A stretch of DNA of 64,000 nucleotides. Origin: a bacterium. GTDB taxonomy: Bacteria > Electryoneota > JAOADG01. This document shows positions 1-9,691 of this stretch, in pieces. Numbering within the stretch: position 1 is the stretch's first letter; every line of letters begins with the position of its first letter. Both the position numbers and the translations under genes were made by a program. Under the pieces are notes generated by a model, which saw only the letters and a program-made list of their open reading frames with translations, did not search any database and was not told the DNA's origin. The DNA lies in NCBI GenBank assembly GCA_963681965.1, contig OY820579.1, positions 3,744,001-3,808,000 on the forward strand. Direction: 5' to 3'.

Positions 1-466
1 GATGATCGACATTATGATGAATTGAGAACGGCAATTTCTTATTCAACCCATATACCGAACTCGATGACGCAAACACTAGATGCTTAACGCCGTGATGACG
101 GCTTGCTTCAATGATGTTGAAGAACCCTTCGAGATTCGATAGTTGATACGCCCGCGGATTGATCAGCGAGTACCGCACACCCGCTTGTGCCGCCAGATTC
201 ACGACTACTTGAAACTGATATTTTGCGAATAAATTGTTCAGTGTGGCAGCATCGGTAAGGTCGTTTTCGAAATGGGTATACCGATCATTATCCGACAGGA
301 TTTTCAGGCGAGCTCGTTTTAAATTGACATCGTAGTAATCGTTAACGATATCGTATCCGATTACTTTATAACCACTATCGAGGAGTCGTTTTGCGAGATT
401 GAATCCGATAAATCCCGCTGTGCCGGTGACCAGAATTGGTCCATCGATACGATTAACTGTGCCCAT
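1..466 (-). CDS. NAD-dependent epimerase (UDP-glucuronate 4-epimerase-like SDR), 5' part; runs off the left edge
   Basis: Not in the ORF track; translated by hand from ATG at 466: ILVTGTAGFIG (Rossmann), NDYYDVNLKRARL, NLAAQAGVRYSL, FASSSSVYG; open to position 1. Confidence 0.9.
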   Translation of the reverse strand, partial: MGTVNRIDGPILVTGTAGFIGFNLAKRLLDSGYKVIGYDIVNDYYDVNLKRARLKILSDNDRYTHFENDLTDAATLNNLFAKYQFQVVVNLAAQAGVRYSLINPRAYQLSNLEGFFNIIEASRHHGVKHLVFASSSSVYGLNKKLPFSIHHNVDH

Positions 467-694
467 ATTGTTCGACTCCGGTATTCCGATGGTTGACGGT
501 CGATCCGATCATGATCGAAGAGAAAATCACGTTCGAGTATTCACCAATGGCAGATTGGATCGCAATTTTGTATCAGCGATGCAGTGCCGTCGGTATGAAA
601 AAGCAATTCAATATACGAAAGTGGAACCGGAAGTTGCATATTCCAACGGAATTTGTGAATTCACTCGAATTGCTTGATTCCCGCAAGTGCAATA

Positions 695-1963
695 TCAACT
701 AGCGATCGATTGTCGTTGTAGTATCATCACAGTGATATCGTCGCTCTGTTCCGCAGTCCCTCTGAAGCTATGAATTTCGGCAAACAACCGTCCAATGATC
801 TTGTCCGGTGCGAGTTTGCGGTGCTTGACGGCACTCGCAATCAGACGCGCTTCACCAAACATCAATCCCTCTTCGGATCGCGCTTCGGTAACACCGTCGG
901 TGTAAAATACCACTGTATCCCCTTCGTGCAGCGAAAGCGTCATGGTCGGACGTGCCAGCGACGGCAGGATTCCCAAAGGAATCCCTTGTGAGGGATACAA
1001 CTCGTGGCTGCCATTATTCCGCACCACCAATAATGGATTGTGTCCGGCATTCGATAGCGTCAAAGTATTGCCAATCAATTCGGCAAAGATACCGGTGATA
1101 AACACGCCGCGCGGAAACTGTTTCGCGAAGTGAAGATCGATTTCCGGAATCGATGACAGAATATCGGCACCTTTCGAGAATTCATACCGGATAATATTGG
1201 ATAGTGCCGACATCCAGATCCCGGCTGCCGGTCCTTTACCGCTCACATCGGCAATCACAAGATTGCATTTGTTGTTGCAGAACAGCCAGTCGTAGTAATC
1301 ACCGCTGATTTGACGCGCAGTACTGTTCGTTCCTGCCAAAAGATAATTTTCCGGTTGCTGCATATCCGTCGGCAACAATCGCTTTTGAAATTCTTCGGCA
1401 AGCTTTAGTTCGGAATCCAGCCGGTGTTTCTCGATTTCGGTCTCGTGCAACTGATTTTTCTTGATTGCCAGTGCGACCAATGATCCGAAGCATTCCAGCA
1501 GCGATTGATCGTCTTCGGAAAATTGATGTCCGTTGATTTTATTCAGCACCTGAACGGTACCGATGACTTTCGCGCCGGTCGTAAGTGGAACACAGAGATA
1601 CCCGCGGGTGTGGAAACCGGTCTGATGATCGGTGGTATCGAAAAATCGCGGATCTTGCGACATATCCCCGATATTGGCGGATTCGTCGTTTGCCGCGACC
1701 CATCCGGTAATGCCGGTGCCGAGTGGCAGGTCGAATTGATAGAATTTTTCCGGGCTGAGGTTGGTCGATGCCGTCATCCGCAATACTTTTCGGTGATGGT
1801 CGAGCAGATAGATCGATGCCCCTTCCGCAGCCGTCAGTGTTTGTGCTGCAGACAGAATTCGGAGAAACATCTCTTCGGCATCGTTCGCTTCGATCACATT
1901 CTGGATCGCATTTGCCAGAATATTGTGGGAGTTGTCGAGTTTCCGGGGTGCTTTCGGTGTCAT
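695..1963 (-). CDS. GAF + SpoIIE/PP2C serine phosphatase (RsbU-like)
   Basis: GAF domain (GTGITGWVA, DPRF, LCVPL, QVLNK) followed by PP2C motifs ISGDYYD, IADVSGKG, NAGHNP, FYTDGVTEA, DDIT. Confidence 0.9.
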   Translation of the reverse strand: MTPKAPRKLDNSHNILANAIQNVIEANDAEEMFLRILSAAQTLTAAEGASIYLLDHHRKVLRMTASTNLSPEKFYQFDLPLGTGITGWVAANDESANIGDMSQDPRFFDTTDHQTGFHTRGYLCVPLTTGAKVIGTVQVLNKINGHQFSEDDQSLLECFGSLVALAIKKNQLHETEIEKHRLDSELKLAEEFQKRLLPTDMQQPENYLLAGTNSTARQISGDYYDWLFCNNKCNLVIADVSGKGPAAGIWMSALSNIIRYEFSKGADILSSIPEIDLHFAKQFPRGVFITGIFAELIGNTLTLSNAGHNPLLVVRNNGSHELYPSQGIPLGILPSLARPTMTLSLHEGDTVVFYTDGVTEARSEEGLMFGEARLIASAVKHRKLAPDKIIGRLFAEIHSFRGTAEQSDDITVMILQRQSIAS

Positions 1964-2130
1964 GGTCGTTCCGGGTTATAACTGAATTCGACTTGTGTAA
2001 TTTTTCAGGACAATCGGTATCACCGCCGACGGGTATTCATTATAATATTGAATCTTCTCGGCATTCGCTATTGTTTTCGGGAAAAAATCAATTTTTATGT
2101 CCGATTAACGGCATTTATTGAAATTTACCC

Positions 2131-3131
2131 GGAGGTCAGGCTTTAGCCTGACTCTTTTTTTTATCTTTTGGTGGCGCAGGCCTCCGAGCCTGCGAGTTTG
2201 TATTTTTTTTTAATACTGCCCACCTCCTTTTGGGCGAATACCTTCTTTTCCCCATCACCCACCTCCTATCACCCAATCCCCATCCAGTTGGTGGCGCAGG
2301 CCTCCGAGCCTGCGATTCTCTTTTTCCGTATGTCGGAATTTATTCCGACTCTACTCTTTATGGTAGGGGCGTTCTTACGCGTTCGCCCGTTTTTTTTGTC
2401 GTTTGTAGCCGCAGGCTTTAGACTGCGTGCTTTCATCATTTTTTACCTTTTCCCAACACCTAAAACTCATCTCCTACCACTCATATTTTCAGGAGGGAGG
2501 CATCCCCGCATGCCCCCGTTCTTGTTTCTGTTTTATCTCTCATCTGTTAAGAAAAAAAAGCCCAATCGGAGTTGGGCACTACTACAATAAAAAACGCAGG
2601 CTCGGAGGTCTGCGCCACCAACAGACGGCGTCAGGCGCTGCCTGCCACTTAGGGCGAATGCGATTCGCCCCTACAAAAAACACAGGTATCCGAGCCAGTT
2701 ATCAGTTTCTTTTCAGTATGTCGGAATTTATTCCGACTCTACTCTTTATGGTAGGGGCGTTCTTACGCGTTCGCCCGTTTTTTTTGTCGTTTGTAGCCGC
2801 AGGTTTTAGACTGCGTTTTTGTATCATTTATATCTTTTCCCAACACCTAAAACTCATCTCCTACCACTCATATTTTCAGGAGGGGGGCATCCCCGCATGC
2901 CCCCGTTCTTGTTTCTGTTTTATCGTTCATCTGTTAAGAAAAAAAACAATCGGAGTTGGGCACTACTACAATAAAAAACGCAGGCTCGGAGGTCTGCGCC
3001 ACCAACAGACGGCGTCAGGCGCTACCTGCCACTTAGGGCGAATGCGATTCGCCCCTACAAAAAACGCAGGCTGAAGCCTGCGGCTACACAGAATATTAAA
3101 GAAAAAGATGCGGACTAAAGTCTGCCGCTAC
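2131..3131. repeat. Mosaic cluster of REP-like palindromes containing a ~360-bp direct duplication (copies start near 2328 and 2716)
   Basis: GTAG/GTGG/GGAG-led hairpins, e.g. GTGGCGCAGGCCTCCGAGCCTGCG, GTCGGAATTTATTCCGAC, GTAGCCGCAGGCTTTAGACTGCG, CCCAATCGGAGTTGGG; same order repeated with a ~388-bp offset. Confidence 0.9.
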
Positions 3132-3135
3132 CAAA

Positions 3136-3166
3136 CAAAACGGGGCGAATTTCTCCGCCCCGTCTG
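3136..3166 (-). terminator. Intrinsic terminator downstream of accD
   Basis: Minus-strand hairpin ACGGGGCG-gagaaatt-CGCCCCGT followed by TTTGTTT. Confidence 0.65.
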
Positions 3167-3182
3167 TATCAATTACCACAAA

Positions 3183-4031
3183 TTAGTGGTTGATGAACAA
3201 CCCGTCGAGAATACGCTCACAGGTCTTCGCCAGATCCTTGCGATGTACCACTCGATCGACAAAACCGTGCTCGAGCAAGAATTCACTGCGCTGGAATCCC
3301 GGCGGCAAATCCTGTCCGATCGTCTGCTTGATCACACGCGCACCGGCAAAGCCAATCACTGCGCCCGGTTCCGCGACAATGACATCGCCCAGCATCGCAA
3401 AGCTCGCGCTGGTTCCGCCTGTCGTCGGATTCGTGATCACGCTGATGAATGGCAATTTGGCATCTGCCAATCTCGTCAGCCAACCGCTCATCTTCGCCAA
3501 TTGCATCAGCGACAGCACCCCTTCCTGCATCCGGGCACCGCCGGAACAGGAGACTACGATGTAAGCGCGACGTTCTTTCAGGCACAAATCACAAGCCCGT
3601 GCGAAAATTTCGCCAGTGACGCTGCCGAGCGAACCACCCATGTAGCTGAAATCCATCACCGCATTCACGACCGGATGCTTGCCGATTTTACCGCGTGCTA
3701 CGCGTAAACAGTCGTCAAGACCGGTCTTCTTTTTCAAGTCGATAATGCGTTCGGAATATTTCTTGGTGTCGGTGAATCCAAGGGGATCTTCCGGATGCAC
3801 ATGAAAATCGATTTCGGCAATCGCTTCATCCGGCGAAAACAGTTCGAAATAGCGCGTCGCGGGCAGCCGGAAATGGTAGTCGCATTTCGGACAGACGTGC
3901 TCATTTTCAGCGATCGCCTTCTTGAACAGAATTTCACCGCAGCCATCGCATTTCACCCATAACCCATCGGGGGTATCCCGTTTTTCCGCTTCCGTAGGCA
4001 ATCCTTCCTTCTCTCGTTTGAACCAGGTCAT
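3183..4031 (-). CDS. accD: Acetyl-CoA carboxylase carboxyltransferase beta subunit
   Basis: LWVKCxxC...CPKC zinc finger, GGSLGSV, SGGARMQEG, PTTGG, GFAGARVI, FQRSEFLLEHG. Confidence 0.97.
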   Translation of the reverse strand: MTWFKREKEGLPTEAEKRDTPDGLWVKCDGCGEILFKKAIAENEHVCPKCDYHFRLPATRYFELFSPDEAIAEIDFHVHPEDPLGFTDTKKYSERIIDLKKKTGLDDCLRVARGKIGKHPVVNAVMDFSYMGGSLGSVTGEIFARACDLCLKERRAYIVVSCSGGARMQEGVLSLMQLAKMSGWLTRLADAKLPFISVITNPTTGGTSASFAMLGDVIVAEPGAVIGFAGARVIKQTIGQDLPPGFQRSEFLLEHGFVDRVVHRKDLAKTCERILDGLFINH

Positions 4032-4492
4032 AACAAACCCTCACTTCGTTGTGACGGTCGCGGGAGCTTCATAATAAAAGCATCCTCGCCGTCTTGATAA
4101 TACTGCTTGCGTCGTCCTACAATCGAGAACCCGGTCGAACGGTAGAGATGTACGGCACTGATATTGCCAACCCGCACTTCGAGAAACACGTTCGCCGCAT
4201 TTTGCCGCCAGCAGCGTTGGATAAATTCATTCAATAACAACCGACCGACATTGCGTTTTCGATACGCTTTGCCGACCGCCAAATTCAAAAGTTCCGCTTC
4301 ATCGGCTGCGACCCGTCCGAACGCATACGCGATCGGAAACCGGAATGCCGCCACCAACGCGATCCCGCCCGGCATCGTCATCAACAGCCGGAACGATTCC
4401 TCGCCCCAAGGATCACGGTAGGCATCCCGCTCCACCGTCAGAATCGTCTCCATATCCTCCGTCGCGGCGTTGCGGATCACCATCTGATTCAT
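4028..4492 (-). CDS. rimI: Ribosomal-protein alanine N-acetyltransferase (start uncertain: 4513, 4492 or 4483)
   Basis: DPW, ELLNLAV, FLEVRVGN, LY..GF..VGRRKQYY..GEDA. Confidence 0.9.
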   Translation of the reverse strand: MNQMVIRNAATEDMETILTVERDAYRDPWGEESFRLLMTMPGGIALVAAFRFPIAYAFGRVAADEAELLNLAVGKAYRKRNVGRLLLNEFIQRCWRQNAANVFLEVRVGNISAVHLYRSTGFSIVGRRKQYYQDGEDAFIMKLPRPSQRSEGLL

Positions 4493-4667
4493 GCCTGAAA
4501 AGCCGCTGAACACGTCGTTACTCCAAGGATAAGATCATTCTACGATTGGATCTCAGTTGACCGGTTACTTCAGAGCAATGGTTCGCACCGATCTCACTCC
4601 GAAAAGTCCCTAAATTCACCGGTTTGTTAAAATAGGGAAAAGTTAAAAGTAATACATCGAATCACGA

Positions 4668-5519
4668 TTACGCAAAATCGCGGATAAATGCTGCGATTTT
4701 CACTGCTTGCCGAGTCTCCGCCACATCGTGCACCCGGACAATCGCCGCTCCTTGCAACACAGCGTAGCTCGCCAGCGCAATCGAGCCACCGAGCCGATGA
4801 TCGGCAGGTACTTCGTCTATAAAACCAATCAATCGTTTCCGCGAGCAGCCAATCAACACAGGATAACCGGTGGCAACCAATTGCGGTAACGCTTTCAACA
4901 ACCGGTAACTCTGTTCCGGTGTTTTCGCAAAGCCGATACCGGGATCGATCAAAATCCGATCCTTTGCGATTCCACTGGTAAGCGCCAGTTCCACTCGCTC
5001 CATCAGTTCTCGCTGAACGTCGGCTGCGACATCGGAATACTCGACACATTGATTCATTGTCGCCGGCGTACCGCGCATGTGCATCATCGCATACGGTACT
5101 TCCAGCGTCGCTACGGTCGCAAACATCGCAGGATCGTGGGCACCCGCCGAGACATCGTTCACCAGTGCGGCACCCGCTTCCACGGCAAGCCGGGCAGTAT
5201 CGGCATTACGGGTATCGATCGAGATCCGGATCCGGTCCAGTCGGGCAATCCGATCGATGACCGGAAGTACCCGGTGCTGTTCGACGGTCGGTGGAACCGG
5301 CACGGCTCCGGGACGCGTCGATTCACCGCCGATATCGATCCAATCCGCTCCGGCATCGAACATCGTCCGGGCATGATCCACTGCAACCGTAACACTGTCG
5401 AACTTACCACCATCCGAAAAACTGTCGGGTGTGACGTTCAGAATCCCCATCACTTGCGGCTTAACGCCAATCGGTATCCGCTCGCCAGCACGAAGTGTCA
5501 GAAATCTTTCCGCATTCAT
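4668..5519 (-). CDS. folP: Dihydropteroate synthase
   Basis: MGILNVTPDSFSDGG, IDIGGESTRPGA, NDVSAG, DPGIGFAK, SRKR, RVHDV. Confidence 0.97.
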   Translation of the reverse strand: MNAERFLTLRAGERIPIGVKPQVMGILNVTPDSFSDGGKFDSVTVAVDHARTMFDAGADWIDIGGESTRPGAVPVPPTVEQHRVLPVIDRIARLDRIRISIDTRNADTARLAVEAGAALVNDVSAGAHDPAMFATVATLEVPYAMMHMRGTPATMNQCVEYSDVAADVQRELMERVELALTSGIAKDRILIDPGIGFAKTPEQSYRLLKALPQLVATGYPVLIGCSRKRLIGFIDEVPADHRLGGSIALASYAVLQGAAIVRVHDVAETRQAVKIAAFIRDFA

Positions 5520-7078
5520 TTCACTTTGCTCGATTTCGTCGATGGGAATCGGGCATGTTCGTCGAGTAATTTCAGCAATCGAACACGGGCATGCGCCGTT
5601 GCCAACGCATCGTCGGATTTATCGGCGAATTTATAACGGGTCTGATAATAGTAAATGGCGCTGTCCCACTGTTCGTGCGATTCGTAAATGACACCGAGAT
5701 AATAAAGATTTTCGACTGTTCCATGCAGCGACCAGCTCTTATAAAAATCTGCCGTAGCTGCCGTCGTATCGCCTCCCTGCAGATACGCGATACCGCGGTT
5801 GTAGAACAACGTCGCATTTTCCGGTTGCACTACCAGCATCTGGTTCAAGGTCTGGATCGCTTCCGGTTGCTTGCCGTAAATAATCAGGTAGTGCGCGCGA
5901 CGTGAGAGTAGTGGAAACGATGTCGGATTGATCTTCAGACCATCTTCGACCAAATTCTCGTACTCATGCACCAGCGTATTCAGCGGGATCATCGATAACA
6001 ACCGCATTCGCGCATCGACATAACCCGGATCGATTTCGACTGCACGCTGCAAATGTTCCTTCGGCGATTTTTCGAATTTATTTGCGACCAAACTGGAATC
6101 GAGATGTCCCAATAAAAAATGCACTTCCGGTCGCACCGGTGAAAGGATCAGCGCATGCAACCATGCCGATGCGGCATTTTTCTTATCTCCGGTGTTGCGA
6201 TGCCAACTACCAAGTGCCAACAGGAACGGCGGGTACTTATCCCCGATCTTGATCAATTTCTCTGCTGTCGGAACCACATGTAATAAGAGTGTATCCTGCC
6301 CCGGATGATCGATGAAATAATTAATCAGGAGGGTAATACCACCGAGCGATTTTTCATCCGACTTGAGCGCATTGCGAAACAGAACGCTCTGGGTCGAATC
6401 GTAGACTGCCACAACCCGACTGCGGGCACAAGCAATCCGCCACTCTTTCGATAAAGGCGCGATCGTTGCAGGGTTGCGATCCATCCCCGTGATATCGGCG
6501 ATCTTGGTTGCCGCATCGCGAACGGCGGTATTGCAATCGCCATTGGCTTGAATCGAGACAGTATCGCGCTTGCCTACCCGCACAATTTTTAAATTAAATT
6601 GCATCTGCTCCGGCGATTCGCACACCCAACTACCGCAAACCAGCCAATCCACCTTGATCAACGGTAACAATTTTGCATCTTCCGGGGGTATCGATGCCGA
6701 TGCTTTCAATACTTTTCCCAGACGTTGAAACGAACCAGTGACCCAGCGTGGATGCGTAGCAGCGATACTCTCTTCCAACTCAGCCGCAAGTTGATGACCC
6801 ATCCCCACCGGTTGCTCATTTCCCGCCAACGGATACACCGCCAATCGTACCGGCATCGGCGGTGCAGGAAAGAGGATGATCAACACGAGATAGATGATCG
6901 CCCATACCAGTGCAATCCAAATCGTACCTTTAATCGTGCGCTTCCGGGTATGCGTTTCTGATTTGACCGAAGTAAATAACCACGCCACTTCGACAAGCAC
7001 TAATAGGACGATTAGTGGAACCGCACCAAATGGCAGATTGCCGCCTAAGACATGAAAGATATAAGGAAATGAGAACAT
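5516..7078 (-). CDS. Membrane-anchored tetratricopeptide-repeat protein
   Basis: Two N-terminal hydrophobic helices; TPR-like helices (FYNRGIAYLQGG, YYLGVIYE). Confidence 0.75.
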   Translation of the reverse strand: MFSFPYIFHVLGGNLPFGAVPLIVLLVLVEVAWLFTSVKSETHTRKRTIKGTIWIALVWAIIYLVLIILFPAPPMPVRLAVYPLAGNEQPVGMGHQLAAELEESIAATHPRWVTGSFQRLGKVLKASASIPPEDAKLLPLIKVDWLVCGSWVCESPEQMQFNLKIVRVGKRDTVSIQANGDCNTAVRDAATKIADITGMDRNPATIAPLSKEWRIACARSRVVAVYDSTQSVLFRNALKSDEKSLGGITLLINYFIDHPGQDTLLLHVVPTAEKLIKIGDKYPPFLLALGSWHRNTGDKKNAASAWLHALILSPVRPEVHFLLGHLDSSLVANKFEKSPKEHLQRAVEIDPGYVDARMRLLSMIPLNTLVHEYENLVEDGLKINPTSFPLLSRRAHYLIIYGKQPEAIQTLNQMLVVQPENATLFYNRGIAYLQGGDTTAATADFYKSWSLHGTVENLYYLGVIYESHEQWDSAIYYYQTRYKFADKSDDALATAHARVRLLKLLDEHARFPSTKSSKVK

Positions 7079-7110
7079 CGGTTTTTGTTACCTACTCTTA
7101 ATCAAAATTG

Positions 7111-7761
7111 TTAGAATAATCTTCTGCCCGCCACTCCAAAACTAGTCCACCGCGGAAACATCGGCGCAGATTTCGCAAGGTAATCGGCATAGCGGCGATC
7201 GAACGAATCGATTAGTGGCTGCTCCTCGGCTTTGATTCGGATCGATGTTCCAATCCAATAGAGGAGTATTCCAGCCAGACAAGTATACCAGAACGTCCAG
7301 ACAAATCCGGTGGCAATCAACATCATGAAATATGCGGCATAGAGCGGATGACGACTCGTCCGGAATGGTCCCGACATCATCACCACTCGACCCGGAATTA
7401 TCTCCACTTTGATTGCCCAGTCACGGCGGTATTCGCGATAGACCGTATAGATCATCATATTCGACCAGATCGCAAACACCATTGCAAAACCTGCTGGAAT
7501 AATTGTGAGTACGTATCCAGCAAATACTATTGGGTGATACAACGGTCGGGGAATTAACACACAAACAAACCCGATGAGTTGCAACACTAAACCAGTAGTA
7601 GCTTTCGGATCCAACCGATCCCGCGATACAGATTTCGTGGTTTGCTTATATGCCCAGGTTTGAAATGCAAACACGATCCAGAGCGAGGTGACTACCCATA
7701 GCGCTATGGCAAATAAACCACTCGATCGATTAAACATCTCTTGAAATGCGGCATCATCCAT
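7111..7761 (-). CDS. Isoprenylcysteine carboxyl methyltransferase-family membrane protein
   Basis: Multiple TM segments; GPF..SRHPLY and RIKAEE..L..F...Y..Y motifs. Confidence 0.85.
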   Translation of the reverse strand: MDDAAFQEMFNRSSGLFAIALWVVTSLWIVFAFQTWAYKQTTKSVSRDRLDPKATTGLVLQLIGFVCVLIPRPLYHPIVFAGYVLTIIPAGFAMVFAIWSNMMIYTVYREYRRDWAIKVEIIPGRVVMMSGPFRTSRHPLYAAYFMMLIATGFVWTFWYTCLAGILLYWIGTSIRIKAEEQPLIDSFDRRYADYLAKSAPMFPRWTSFGVAGRRLF

Positions 7762-7769
7762 CGTTCACC

Positions 7770-8309
7770 TCAATTGGAGATTCGACAGCGTAGTGCATGA
7801 CAAAGCGCGATCGCCAGAGCATCGGTCGCATCGTTGGGAAACGGCTTTCCGTCCGGTGTCGGCGATAATCCCAGAATTCTGCCAATCATAAATGCCACCT
7901 GTTCTTTGGTGGCGGCACCATTTCCGACTGCGGCTCGCTTCACTTCGCGCGGCGAATAGGAACTGACCGGAAGCCCTTTGCGTGCAAGCGTCAATAAGAG
8001 CGCTCCGCGTGCCTGACCCAGTACCAATGCCGATCGTGCATTCTCGCCGAAAAACGGTTCTTCCACGGCGGCAATCACCGGTTGATGGGTATCGAGGATA
8101 ATCTGCAACCCTTCGGACAACGTCAGCAAGCGCGATTCCAGCGGATCTGCGCTTTTTGTGCGAATGACGCCTGCGCCCACAAACCGCGCTCCGCGCGTCG
8201 TGAGCTGGACGATTCCCCACCCGGTCACAGCGGTACCGGGATCCACTCCCAAAATCAGTGAATTGGGAGCGACGATCGGCAAATTCGGATGTTCAGTCGG
8301 TTTCTGCAT
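7770..8309 (-). CDS. ruvC: Holliday junction endodeoxyribonuclease (start at 8309 preferred over 8438)
   Basis: ILGVDPG, AVEEPFF, LGQARGA, YSPREVK..VGNG.ATKEQV, DATDALAIALCH. Confidence 0.96.
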   Translation of the reverse strand: MQKPTEHPNLPIVAPNSLILGVDPGTAVTGWGIVQLTTRGARFVGAGVIRTKSADPLESRLLTLSEGLQIILDTHQPVIAAVEEPFFGENARSALVLGQARGALLLTLARKGLPVSSYSPREVKRAAVGNGAATKEQVAFMIGRILGLSPTPDGKPFPNDATDALAIALCHALRCRISN

Positions 8310-8538
8310 GGTTCGCTCAAAGATACCATTTCCCAACCGCCAAACCGATACCAAATGACTAAATTTTGAAGATGTTGTGTCGAATATTCGCTGAAATCGC
8401 GGTAACTCGCGAAAATTCCTGATGCGTATCTGCAACATTAGTGTTTTATTATCATTATCATTTGCCGAAATGTATCGTATTGGTATTCGAAATCTTATCG
8501 AGTGTAGCCGAAAATTCTTGGGAATGTGAGTTGGAGGC

Positions 8539-8567
8539 TTGTTGTTACGCAGGTTTTATCGTATGAT
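8539..8567 (+). promoter_or_regulatory. Putative sigma70 promoter (-35 TTGTTG, 17 nt, -10 TATGAT)
   Basis: Consensus-like hexamers with 17-nt spacing immediately before a structured segment. Confidence 0.45.
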
Positions 8568-8574
8568 ATAGAAA

Positions 8575-8733
8575 GCGATCCGTGGGCATTGGTACTCTAC
8601 CCGCGGTACACACGGTCTGACGATTGACCGTCGCATTTGTCCCTCGACAACATGGATGCTTGGGTAGGACCCGGTCCGTCGGGGCGCATCAGAGACCACG
8701 TCCCCCCGTAGCATTGCTACGGGGGTTCGCATT
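8575..8733 (+). ncRNA. Candidate structured non-coding RNA or cis-regulatory leader, family not recognised
   Basis: Nested stems CGTGG/CCACG, CTACCC/GGGTAG, ACGGTC/GACCGT, TTGTC/GACAA, CCCGG-TCCG-TCGGG; ends in hairpin CCCCCGTAGCA-T-TGCTACGGGGG; unlike the REP families. Confidence 0.5.
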
Positions 8734-8813
8734 TCGCTACATTTTTCCCACCACTCTACCGATATTTAGAGAGGAACTTGAATTAATTTCGATCAACCCC
8801 GTTGGGAGCCGGT

Positions 8814-9365
8814 ATGCGAGTCATCGACGATGCAACCTTCGAAGAATATGTCATGTGGTATCTGAAACGCGACTTCTGGAAACGTGGACGTGCCGATCCA
8901 CCGCGGATTGAGGACTTCGATTGGTGTTTGCGCGAGATGTATCTGGAACATCTCGACCGGATCAAACCGGAGTTCTCCGGTGCGAAATGGTCGAGGGTAG
9001 TGATCGATCAACTCGTAGAGATGGAGTCGTGGGTTGCGCCGCCGTTCAAGTGGCTCAATGAGGAAGGGCTCCTCCCCGATAATGGCGACCGTCATATTTC
9101 CACGATTGCCGACCGGGTGATCGAGAAAAAATTCTTCTATGGACCGCGACCGAATGCGATGCGTGCCAAGAGCATGTACTCGTACTACCGGATGCTGAAG
9201 GACGGTCTACTCCGCTTTTCCGGCATCAACCGATTGGTACTGTGGCACGACAAGTCGAAAAATGAGACTGAGCTGTTCGACGGGATTGCCCGCGTCCTGC
9301 CGATGATTGTGCTCGCCCGCAGTGGTGGACGCGTCATTCCGACCGAGGCATATTACGGGGAATAA
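8814..9365 (+). CDS. Hypothetical protein, possibly ParB/Srx-like fold
   Basis: GGAG RBS before ATG at 8814; host-like codon use; C-terminal 'ELFDGIARV...EAYYG' resembles the ParB-like DGxxR motif. Confidence 0.65.
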   Translation: MRVIDDATFEEYVMWYLKRDFWKRGRADPPRIEDFDWCLREMYLEHLDRIKPEFSGAKWSRVVIDQLVEMESWVAPPFKWLNEEGLLPDNGDRHISTIADRVIEKKFFYGPRPNAMRAKSMYSYYRMLKDGLLRFSGINRLVLWHDKSKNETELFDGIARVLPMIVLARSGGRVIPTEAYYGE

Positions 9366-9397
9366 ATTTTATAGTTCATATTATGAATCTCTATTCG

Positions 9398-9530
9398 AGG
9401 GCGTAGCAATACGCCCATTTTTTTTTCTGTAGGTCGGAATTTATTCCGACTCCTCCTTCTTCTTGTAGTACTGCCGATCTCCGAATCGGCGATCCTCTTC
9501 TTTTCCGTAGGTCGGAATATATTCCGACTC
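9398..9530. repeat. Small REP-like palindrome cluster
   Basis: GGGCGTAGCAATACGCCC, two copies of GTAGGTCGGAAT(T/A)TATTCCGAC, GCCGATCTCCGAATCGGC. Confidence 0.75.
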
Positions 9531-9691
9531 TTCCTTTATCTTGAACTATTTCCGAACTCCGATCCTGCGTATTTTTTTCGATATTCTGTACAATGCCAAG
9601 GTCAATAAATTCTATACTCTCATGCTGTTTTGCTTGTAAACACTCTCCTGCCGCATTATTATGGATATACACCTGTCCGACCGGAGCCGCC

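Noticed and set aside
399-702. Short + strand ORFs (92 and 69 aa)
   Set aside because: Antisense or intergenic to a minus-strand operon; no motif or RBS support
2168-3074. ORFs of 140 and 215 aa
   Set aside because: Translations of REP mosaics (VAAGFRLR, MSEFIPT); no RBS or domain
8571-8631. Hammerhead ribozyme (CTGACGA with upstream GAAA)
   Set aside because: Stems II/III and the NUH site cannot be formed around the core; CTGACGA sits in a simple hairpin loop
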